A stretch of 31,415 nucleotides of DNA from Candidatus Micrarchaeota archaeon (GTDB taxonomy: Archaea; Iainarchaeota; Iainarchaeia; JAADDC01): the NCBI GenBank assembly GCA_027043825.1, contig JALUER010000068.1, positions 1 to 31,415 on the forward strand, in the 5' to 3' direction. The position numbers and the translations under genes are program-made. Positions 16,914 through 24,146 of this stretch are shown here, piece by piece (position 1 is the stretch's first letter; the number at the start of each line of letters is the position of its first letter). The notes beneath the pieces were generated by a model. It worked only from the letters and a program-made list of their open reading frames with translations, did no database searches and was not told the DNA's origin.

Positions 16914-18086
16914 ATGGATCTTCACGACCTGACGCTGGAATACCTGGAAGGCCTCCCCAAGACGATCCTGGGTGAAATCCCTGACCTCACAGGGACGAGG
17001 GATATAGTCGGTCTCATTGGGCCCAGGAGGGTAGGAAAGACGGTTACGATGCTTTACAACGTGAAGAGATTGATCAAAAATGGAAATCAAGCCCTCTACG
17101 TCTCCTTCGACGCTCCCATCGAGATGGGGCCCCGCAAGCTGGCAGAAGAGGTCCGCCGGGTCTACCCAAGGGGCGAGGTCTACCTCTTCCTCGACGAGGT
17201 CCAGGAGTGGGAGAACTGGGATAGGAACCTCAGGTACCTCCACGACGTGGGTTTTAGACTGGTGGTCTCGGGGTCTACCTCGGCCCTGAGTGCCGACAGG
17301 GTACCGTCCAAGCTTAGGGGCCGGTACGTCTCCTTCCTTGTCCTGCCCCTGTCCCTCGGGGAGCTCGTTGAGAGGGGAGGGACCTTCATTAAGAGGGGGG
17401 AGCTGAGGAGGGCCTACGACCTCTACAAGGTCTGGGGAGGGTTTCCAGAGGTTTGGTTGGAGAAGAGCTTGCTCAAGGCGGAGGCCATCCTCTCCACGGC
17501 GTTCTTCAGGGATATGGTCGACAGGTGTAGGGTCAGGCGGGTGGAGCTCTTCAAGAAGGTGTTCAGGGTAGTTCTCTCGAGCTATGGTAACTTCGTGAGT
17601 GTCCCAAAATTAACCCGGCTCCTCAAGTCCCTGGGGATCAAGGTCTCACCTACCACGGTCCTGGAGTACCTGAGGTGCATGGAGGAGGCCTTCTTCATCT
17701 TCACGGTACCCCTCTACAACCACTCCCAGCGAAGGGTGGAGACCTCCCCCAGGAAGGTCTACCTGGTAGACCCCGTCTTCATAAACTTCGTTTCCAAGCC
17801 CCGCGACGAGGGAAGGCTCTTGGAGAACCTCGTGTTCGTTGAACTTCTCAGGAGGGGCTATAGACCGCGTTACTACGTGACGAAGGATGGAAGGGAAGTG
17901 GACTTCTACGTGGGTGACGCCGTGATAGAGGTCTCCTACGAGGCCGACGAGGAGCACAGGAAGAAGTTGGAGAAGGCAAGCAAGGAGCTCGGTGCGGAAG
18001 GGACGTTGATCACCGAAGAAAACGCGGCGGACTTCCTCTCAGAGGGACGATCCCACGTCACCCCCTTCTTTACCTTACCTCTCTGA
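16914..18086 (+). CDS. AAA+ superfamily ATPase (AAA_14 + DUF4143) with C-terminal PD-(D/E)xK-like domain
   Basis: GPRRVGKT, FLDEVQ, SGS, GGFPE, RKVYLVD, LENLV, EVDF..IEV; probable start ATG 16914, about 20 nt after TTTAAATA. Confidence 0.88.
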   Translation: MDLHDLTLEYLEGLPKTILGEIPDLTGTRDIVGLIGPRRVGKTVTMLYNVKRLIKNGNQALYVSFDAPIEMGPRKLAEEVRRVYPRGEVYLFLDEVQEWENWDRNLRYLHDVGFRLVVSGSTSALSADRVPSKLRGRYVSFLVLPLSLGELVERGGTFIKRGELRRAYDLYKVWGGFPEVWLEKSLLKAEAILSTAFFRDMVDRCRVRRVELFKKVFRVVLSSYGNFVSVPKLTRLLKSLGIKVSPTTVLEYLRCMEEAFFIFTVPLYNHSQRRVETSPRKVYLVDPVFINFVSKPRDEGRLLENLVFVELLRRGYRPRYYVTKDGREVDFYVGDAVIEVSYEADEEHRKKLEKASKELGAEGTLITEENAADFLSEGRSHVTPFFTLPL

Positions 18087-18112
18087 GAACAAATAAGAGA
18101 AAGGAGAGGCTT

Positions 18113-18712
18113 TCAGCGGACGGCGCTGTGGGCCAGGTAGTAGCCTGTCAGGTAGTAGAGGGGCAGGTAGAAGAAGGCTATGATGATGAGGGCGATGGCC
18201 GCCAGCACCGGCGTCACCGCTATGGAGACGATGGCCAGGAGCCCCATGATGAAGAGAAGGCTCAGTCCCACGTAGGTCACCGGTGCCTTTGATATGAGCT
18301 TCTTGATTTTCTCACAGCCCTCCCTGAAGCCAAGCTCCGCCACCACGGGGACCGCCATGTAGACGAGGGAGACCACCGCTATACCTATGAGCACGTTGAA
18401 GGGATAGGGGGACACGACGGCGGCCACCTCCAGGAGCACGAAGACCGAGTACATCAGTATGAAGCGGGCCATCATCTCCACGCCCTCTCTGGTGTCCATC
18501 TCCTTCACGGCGTACCTGGCCGCCACGTAGCCCCCCGCCAGGAAGAAGGAGCTGAGCAGGAGCACCGTAGTGAGGTCAATCGGGTAGAGGAGCTTTGCCA
18601 GGTAGCCCAGGACCACGGCTACGATCCCGGCTATCACGATGCCCATGGAGATGACGTAGAAGTTTTCCTTGTAGTCCTTGTATGCCTTTGTTAACACACC
18701 GTCCGCGTTCAT
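18113..18712 (-). CDS. Hypothetical multi-pass membrane protein
   Basis: Five to six hydrophobic helices. Confidence 0.7.
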   Translation of the reverse strand: MNADGVLTKAYKDYKENFYVISMGIVIAGIVAVVLGYLAKLLYPIDLTTVLLLSSFFLAGGYVAARYAVKEMDTREGVEMMARFILMYSVFVLLEVAAVVSPYPFNVLIGIAVVSLVYMAVPVVAELGFREGCEKIKKLISKAPVTYVGLSLLFIMGLLAIVSIAVTPVLAAIALIIIAFFYLPLYYLTGYYLAHSAVR

Positions 18713-18728
18713 GGAAAAAAGAAGGGCT

Positions 18729-19835
18729 TTACTCCTTTTTAAGCAATACGATGCTCTCCCTCACCTGTCCGACCTTCCTCGTCCTCTTCACAGTTGCCCA
18801 GAGCTTCCTCGCCACGACGATCTTCTTCACTTTGAAGCCTACTTCCTCGGCCATCCTCGCCACTTCCACGTCAGCCTCAAAGATGAGGTTGAGCTCCTTT
18901 ATGTAGCTCCCGGCTATTACAATGGCCACGTTCCCTCCCCTCCTCAACACCCTGTACATCTCCTCTATACTATTCCTCAGGTCTTCCACGTAGAGGTCCA
19001 GAGTGTGGAGGTAGCCTCTGTCTAATAACTTCAGCCCCACGAAGGACCTGACAGGACTCTTCCTCTTGCCCGGAAAGAAGAGCTCCTCCTCTATGGAGTA
19101 GACCCTGGCGTACTCGATCTTGTTCAGGTAGGGAGGGGACGTTATGACCGCGTCGAAGCTCTCGTCTTCGAAGGGCAGGTTCCTGGCATCTGCTTCCACT
19201 ATGAGGGAGGGAGCCTTCCCTGACGGGTGGACGTCCAGATCCACATAGAACTTCTTTAGCTCCCGTCGGAAGCTGTTCTCTATGGGTGGCACGGGCCTTC
19301 TCCTTACCTTGACTATGGCCCCGTCCTTGAAGGCAAAGGAAGACCGCAGGGAGGCGTTCATGAGGGCGAGGGTGAGGAGGTCCCTCACTTTTCTGTCCTC
19401 CACCTCATTCCATATCTTGTCCCTGTACCAGAGGATCTTTCCCAGGTTCTTTGGCAGGAAGAACTGCCTCAGGAACTTCTTCACACTGTCCACAGAATAG
19501 GGCTCCGGCTTCAGCTTCATGGCCCACTCGATCCACCTCATTGTTTCCGGTATATCATAATCGTAGGTCTTGACCCGGGCCGCCAGGAGGGCGACGGGGT
19601 GGACGTCGGCGCCTGTCCCGGCTATCCCGTTCTCCTTCGCCGTGAGAACGGTGGTGCCCGAGCCCACGAAGGGGTCCAGCACACTGGAGGGAGAAAAGGA
19701 GTCTAGGAGCATCTGAACAAGATCCCTCGAGAAGCCCTCCTTGTAGTAGAACCAGCGGTGGACAGGCAGGTTCTTGTTGGGCACGAAGGTCACTAAGGGG
19801 GCCAGGTCAGGCCTCTCCACCATCCTGTACTTCAT
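18729..19835 (-). CDS. DNA amino-methyltransferase (SPPY type, probably N4-cytosine; motif I before motif IV), orphan
   Basis: Probable start ATG 19835; HRWFYYKEGFS, VLDPFVGSGTT, ADAR, VITSPPY, RVLRRGG. Confidence 0.88.
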   Translation of the reverse strand: MKYRMVERPDLAPLVTFVPNKNLPVHRWFYYKEGFSRDLVQMLLDSFSPSSVLDPFVGSGTTVLTAKENGIAGTGADVHPVALLAARVKTYDYDIPETMRWIEWAMKLKPEPYSVDSVKKFLRQFFLPKNLGKILWYRDKIWNEVEDRKVRDLLTLALMNASLRSSFAFKDGAIVKVRRRPVPPIENSFRRELKKFYVDLDVHPSGKAPSLIVEADARNLPFEDESFDAVITSPPYLNKIEYARVYSIEEELFFPGKRKSPVRSFVGLKLLDRGYLHTLDLYVEDLRNSIEEMYRVLRRGGNVAIVIAGSYIKELNLIFEADVEVARMAEEVGFKVKKIVVARKLWATVKRTRKVGQVRESIVLLKKE

Positions 19836-20182
19836 ACCACGGGCACCCTGACCTCGATCTCCTTGGACTCCACCACGTGTTCGTAGTCGTCGATGCACTC
19901 ATCCACGATGAGCCTTACGCTGTATGTCCCGGGCTTGGTGGTCGTCCTCGGATAGACCTTGAAGCTCACCACCGTGGATTCGCCTGGGTAGAGCTTCTGG
20001 GTCTTCACAGTCTGGAACTTTGCCAGTCCGCTGGGCGACAGCGACAGTTCCTTGCCCGTCTCCGCCGACACCACGTACTTTCTCTCGCTCCCCTTGTTGT
20101 TTCGTATGGAGACCTCTATAATGAGGGGCCGCCTCTCCCGAAGTATTAACTTGAAGGGCACCTTTCTCGTGGTGACGATCAC
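19832..20182 (-). CDS. Hypothetical cytoplasmic Ig-like/beta-sandwich protein
   Basis: Alternating beta pattern, LYPGESTVVSF, PGTYSVRL; overlaps the MTase start by 4 nt. Confidence 0.65.
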   Translation of the reverse strand: MIVTTRKVPFKLILRERRPLIIEVSIRNNKGSERKYVVSAETGKELSLSPSGLAKFQTVKTQKLYPGESTVVSFKVYPRTTTKPGTYSVRLIVDECIDDYEHVVESKEIEVRVPVV

Positions 20183-20210
20183 ATTAAGAATGGAGTGAAA
20201 AGGAAGATAA

Positions 20211-20235
20211 AGGGGAGGGTAGAAAACCCTCCCCT
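20211..20235. terminator. Perfect 10-bp GC-rich hairpin
   Basis: AGGGGAGGGT-AGAAA-ACCCTCCCCT; followed on the minus strand by a T-rich run, just downstream of the zinc-finger gene. Confidence 0.55.
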
Positions 20236-20257
20236 CAGGGGCCTCGTGGTGGGAGCG

Positions 20258-20491
20258 TTACAGCTCAACGTAGGCGACTCCGATGAGGAGCCTCTCTCCC
20301 TTCTCCTGGGGTGCCGTGATCCTCCTCAGACAGGAGGTGCACACCCACCCGTGGATGGGGTGGTACCTGATGTGATCCCGGCAGACGTGTCTTCCGCAGA
20401 CCCTACACTTCCTTGCCTCTTCCGGGCTCAACGGGAGGCCGCACGTCGAACAGGTCAATACCTTTCCCGCCCCGTACACCTTCCACACCAC
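20258..20491 (-). CDS. Small double zinc-finger protein
   Basis: CSTC, CRVC, CRDH, CTSC give eight putative Zn ligands. Confidence 0.75.
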   Translation of the reverse strand: MVWKVYGAGKVLTCSTCGLPLSPEEARKCRVCGRHVCRDHIRYHPIHGWVCTSCLRRITAPQEKGERLLIGVAYVEL

Positions 20492-20559
20492 CTCTCATGT
20501 TCTCGCCTCCCTCGCCCGAAACCAACGAAAGGATAAGTACAAACTCCTTTATAAAACTA

Positions 20560-20619
20560 TCGCAAATTTTTTGTTTGTATAACAAATAACTTATTGGTAA
20601 GGTGTTGTTATGTATAGAA
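20560..20619. promoter_or_regulatory. AT-rich divergent control region with palindrome CAAATAA-C-TTATTGG and box TGTTATGTATAGAA
   Basis: 20581-20595 nearly identical to 7587-7601; 20606-20619 identical to 8467-8480. Confidence 0.7.
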
Positions 20620-21065
20620 TTCGCGGGGAGTGGCGTCTCCGGGAGATGGACCTTTTCCCTCACCTTTTCAAGACAAAGAGGGGACTGCTGTCCTGGCTCG
20701 CTGTTTCCCTCGGCCTGAAGAACCCTGGAGATGGTAGGGACGGTGTGGTGTACGTCCTCGAGGCGCTCTTCGACTTCTGTTATGGAAAGGGAAAGGCCCC
20801 CAGCTTCGAGGAGATAAAGGGCTACGTGTCCCGGAGGATCCTTGAGAGGGGTAAGAAGCCCCCGTCTGACGAGGCCATACGTCACCACCTGAGGAGAATG
20901 GCGAAGATGGGCATCCTTGAGAGGAGGGGGAAGGCCTACTGCTTCTCTACAAACCCGCTAAAACCAGACGACCCCTCCGGCTTCATAGATGTTATGTTTG
21001 AGAGACTCGAGCGGGTGAAGAAACTCCTCAAGGCCGCCGTCACTGACGTGAAATCCCTTTATTGA
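20610..21065 (+). CDS. Winged helix-turn-helix protein (paralog of 7847-8311)
   Basis: WLAVSLGL..PGDGRDGV..VLEALF; SFEEI...SDEAIRHHLRRMAKMGILERRGKAY. Confidence 0.8.
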   Translation: MYRIRGEWRLREMDLFPHLFKTKRGLLSWLAVSLGLKNPGDGRDGVVYVLEALFDFCYGKGKAPSFEEIKGYVSRRILERGKKPPSDEAIRHHLRRMAKMGILERRGKAYCFSTNPLKPDDPSGFIDVMFERLERVKKLLKAAVTDVKSLY

Positions 21066-21085
21066 GTTTTGAGGGAGATTCAAGT

Positions 21086-21667
21086 ATGGATAACAAGGTG
21101 GGGGAGTACCTGGTGAGGCTTGCCAGGAGGAGCGTGGAGCACTTCTTCGAGACGGGGAAGGTTCTCGAGGAGGACCCTCCCTACGACGAGGTGAAGGAGA
21201 GGATGGGGGCGTTTACTACCATAAAGAAGACAAGTGGAGAACTCCGGGGCTGTATAGGCTATCCCTTACCACTGAAACCCCTCTATCGGGCTGTGATAGA
21301 GACGGCCCTCCTGGCGGCCTTCGACGACCCCAGGTTTCCTCCCCTGAGAGAAGAGGAGCTCGATGGTGTTCTGTTCGAGGTCAGCGTCCTGACGGTGCCT
21401 GAGGAGGTCCCCAGGGAAGAGCTCCCCCACGGTATAGTCATCGGCCGGGACGGCCTCATCGTGGAGGGATACGGGAGGAACGGACTACTCCTTCCCCAGG
21501 TAGCCGTCGAGGAGGGCTGGGATCCGGAGACGTTCCTGGACCATACCTGTCTCAAGGCAGGGCTTCCCCCTGGATGCTGGAAAGAAGAAGGAGTAAAGGT
21601 AAAGAGGTTTTCCTCAATCGTCTTCTCCGAGACGGTCCCAAGGGGACCCGTAGTCCGCCTACTGTGA
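21086..21667 (+). CDS. AMMECR1 / AmmeMemoRadiSam system protein A family
   Basis: GAFTTI, LRGCIG, AAFDDPRFPPL, EVSVLT, GRDGLIV, GLLLPQV, CLKAG; probable start ATG 21086. Confidence 0.93.
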   Translation: MDNKVGEYLVRLARRSVEHFFETGKVLEEDPPYDEVKERMGAFTTIKKTSGELRGCIGYPLPLKPLYRAVIETALLAAFDDPRFPPLREEELDGVLFEVSVLTVPEEVPREELPHGIVIGRDGLIVEGYGRNGLLLPQVAVEEGWDPETFLDHTCLKAGLPPGCWKEEGVKVKRFSSIVFSETVPRGPVVRLL

Positions 21668-21928
21668 CGGCTTGGCCTCCTGGGCCGCTTCCTCTGCCTC
21701 TTCTTCGGCCCCTATGGGTATCTCAATGGTTCTTACCCCTCCATCGGGGGTCTTGTAGATGACGGTCAAGGTGCCAATGGCCTCACCCTGGTCCGCCAGC
21801 TCCTGTATCATGTGGAGGGTGCTCTTGTTCATGACGGCCACCATTCCCTTGAAGATGGCGTCCACGGGCTGGAACCCCGCGTTCTTCAGCATCTCGAGCG
21901 TCTTTATTAGTTCCTCCTCTGCCTTCAT
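21659..21928 (-). CDS. Hypothetical protein (about 89 aa, acidic tail)
   Basis: Probable start ATG 21928; the longer ORF call overlaps the recJ start and promoter. Confidence 0.6.
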   Translation of the reverse strand: MKAEEELIKTLEMLKNAGFQPVDAIFKGMVAVMNKSTLHMIQELADQGEAIGTLTVIYKTPDGGVRTIEIPIGAEEEAEEAAQEAKPSQ

Positions 21929-21973
21929 ATCAACCACCCATTCAATAAAGCCTCCTCTCCATAAAACCCTATC

Positions 21974-23296
21974 GTGGAGGTACCCGTCTGGCTCAGGAAG
22001 CGGATCAAACCACTCAGGGAAGCCAGGAGTGTGCTCATCGTAACCCACCACGACGCCGACGGGGTGTCATCGGCTGGGTCCCTCTCCCGGGGCCTGTTGT
22101 CCCTCGGGAAGGAAGTGGACATCGTTGTGCTGCGGCAGTTCTATCCGGACCAGGTTGAAAAGGTACCCTACTCCGACCACGACTCCGTGGTCTTCACCGA
22201 TCTGGCAGGCCGCTACCTACAGGAGATCAGCAACTACCTGGACTCCTTCCTTGTTATAGACCACCACGACCAGACGGACCTTAACGATCAACATCTCGTC
22301 CATCCCCTCCTCCTTGGCCTCAACCCCGACGTGGACGCCTCCGCCTCCACCCTCTCGGCCCTCGTCTCCCACCTCCTCTCCCCTGACGAGAAGACCCTGG
22401 CCTACGGGCTCGTGGGTGCTGCCGGGGACAGGCAGTTCGAGGGCGGAAGGTTCAAGGGCCTGAACAGGACCTTCGTCACAGAGGCTCTCAAGTCAGGGGT
22501 TCTCACCGTCTACAGGGACCTCACCCTCCCGGGCCTTTCCTCCAAGCTTCTCCCAGAAGTTTTTCTCTACTCCACGGATCCCGTGCTCCCCGGCCTCACC
22601 GGGAACGCGGAAGGGGTCTATGACCTCCTGGAGAGGGCCGGCATAGTCTCCCTTTACCCCTCCGGCAGGATCCGGTATAGTGAGCTGGGGCTCGAGGAGA
22701 AGCGCCGCCTCTTCACCGCCCTTCACCTCCACCTCCTCCGGCAGGGCTGGTCCCCCTCGGATACCCTCTCCCTGATAGGAGAGGTCTATGAGCTGAACGG
22801 CAACTACGGATACAAGTCCACAGTCCGCTCCTTCGCCGTCCTCTCCAACGCGGTGGGGAAGAACCTCCGGGAGGACCTCATAGTCCCCCTCTATACCGAT
22901 GAGGTTGGGGTACTGGACGAGGCGGAGAGTGTTCTCTCCGAGTACCTCAGGACGCTTTACAGGGCGGTAGTTCATGGTAGGGAGCACTACAAGGACGAGG
23001 GGGTCCTTGTCTGGGCGGATCTCCGGTCTTCCTTCCCACCCTACGTCTCCGGAGCCGTGGCGGAGGCCCTTTCCTCGGAGGGAAGGGTCGGCATGTGTGT
23101 CGTGGAGGACGAGGGCGGCTACGTGAAGGTATCCTTGAGGGGAGGGAGACGGCTCTCCGCTATCGTCTCCGCCGCGGCGGAGAAGGTGGGCGGAGAGGGA
23201 GGGGGACACGACAGAGCCGCAGGGGCGAGGATACCCGAGGAGAAACTTGAAGAGTTCATATCCCTCCTCTTAAAGGAGCTCCAGTCCCTTCTCTGA
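21974..23296 (+). CDS. recJ: RecJ/GAN-like DHH-family exonuclease (DHH + DHHA1)
   Basis: THHDADG, FTDL, IDHH, GAAGD, VSLR, GGGHDRAAG. Confidence 0.88.
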   Translation: MEVPVWLRKRIKPLREARSVLIVTHHDADGVSSAGSLSRGLLSLGKEVDIVVLRQFYPDQVEKVPYSDHDSVVFTDLAGRYLQEISNYLDSFLVIDHHDQTDLNDQHLVHPLLLGLNPDVDASASTLSALVSHLLSPDEKTLAYGLVGAAGDRQFEGGRFKGLNRTFVTEALKSGVLTVYRDLTLPGLSSKLLPEVFLYSTDPVLPGLTGNAEGVYDLLERAGIVSLYPSGRIRYSELGLEEKRRLFTALHLHLLRQGWSPSDTLSLIGEVYELNGNYGYKSTVRSFAVLSNAVGKNLREDLIVPLYTDEVGVLDEAESVLSEYLRTLYRAVVHGREHYKDEGVLVWADLRSSFPPYVSGAVAEALSSEGRVGMCVVEDEGGYVKVSLRGGRRLSAIVSAAAEKVGGEGGGHDRAAGARIPEEKLEEFISLLLKELQSLL

Positions 23297-24058
23297 CGCG
23301 AAGACCTTTACCTTTCTCTTCACTTCCCCTGGAAGGGAGGCGATCTTTATATAGGAGGGCTCTGGGACGGTCTTCTCCATCATTTGGGTGAGCATCGCCT
23401 CGTCCAGGAACCCAGCGGCGTACTTGGGTGCCATATGACCGAACGCCACGTTCTTCTCCAGGGCAAGCCTCGTGAAGTCCGGGGCGTAGTGGCCAGCACC
23501 CACCCCTATGGCTACCTTATCCGCTTTCTCTGGCTCCAAGGCCTCCACTATTGCCTCGGCCACGGCTTCCAGGGCCTTTTCATCCGTCCACTCCTCCTCG
23601 GTGCTCCCGCTCTCCACGAACATGAGGGGAGTGTTCAGGGTGGGGCCGTGGTGGGTTACCTCGTAGGTCACGTCGTAGGGGAGGTTCCTCTCGTCCCGGA
23701 TTTCCTTGAGGGCTTTCAGGGCCTTTAACATGTGGAGGGCCGGGGCCTTGGAGAGGGTCCTGGCATATCCCCCGTAGAGGGCGTCCCCGAAGTTACCGGT
23801 GGTGTGAACAGAGAGGGTCTTCACGTGCTTCTGGGCCGAGTGCTTGGAAGCGAAGATGTAGAGGTCAGAGGGGTACTCCTCTTCCAACCACTGGGCGTGG
23901 ATGTGGAGGGTGTCGATGACAATGAGGTCGGCGTTCTTGTATCTATAAACGGAGAAGTCCCCGAAGGTCTTCCCGGTCTCTCTGAAGTAGTTCTCCATGA
24001 GGATCTTTCCGATCCCGACGCTGGCCACGTCCTTGGTGGAGATCACCACGGTGGGCAT
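23270..24058 (-). CDS. dtdA: D-aminoacyl-tRNA deacylase (archaeal DTD2)
   Basis: SKH, SVHTTGN, EVTHHGPT, FVESGS.EEEW, GAGHYAP, FGHM. Confidence 0.92.
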   Translation of the reverse strand: MPTVVISTKDVASVGIGKILMENYFRETGKTFGDFSVYRYKNADLIVIDTLHIHAQWLEEEYPSDLYIFASKHSAQKHVKTLSVHTTGNFGDALYGGYARTLSKAPALHMLKALKALKEIRDERNLPYDVTYEVTHHGPTLNTPLMFVESGSTEEEWTDEKALEAVAEAIVEALEPEKADKVAIGVGAGHYAPDFTRLALEKNVAFGHMAPKYAAGFLDEAMLTQMMEKTVPEPSYIKIASLPGEVKRKVKVFASEKGLELL

Positions 24059-24090
24059 CCTTTTTAGAGGAAGTCGAAGGGATTTTATTG

Positions 24091-24146
24091 GGGGATGATG
24101 ATGCCTTGCCCCAACTGAGGGGTGAGGAAGGTAACGTGTGCTGACC
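24091..24146 (+). ncRNA. Box C/D 2'-O-methylation guide sRNA
   Basis: C box ATGATGA 24095-24101; 13-nt guide TGCCTTGCCCCAA; D' CTGA 24115-24118; C' TGAGGA 24123-24128; 12-nt guide AGGTAACGTGTG; D CTGA 24141-24144; GG/CC termini; TTTTTAGA about 25 nt upstream; lies in an intergenic gap. Confidence 0.88.
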
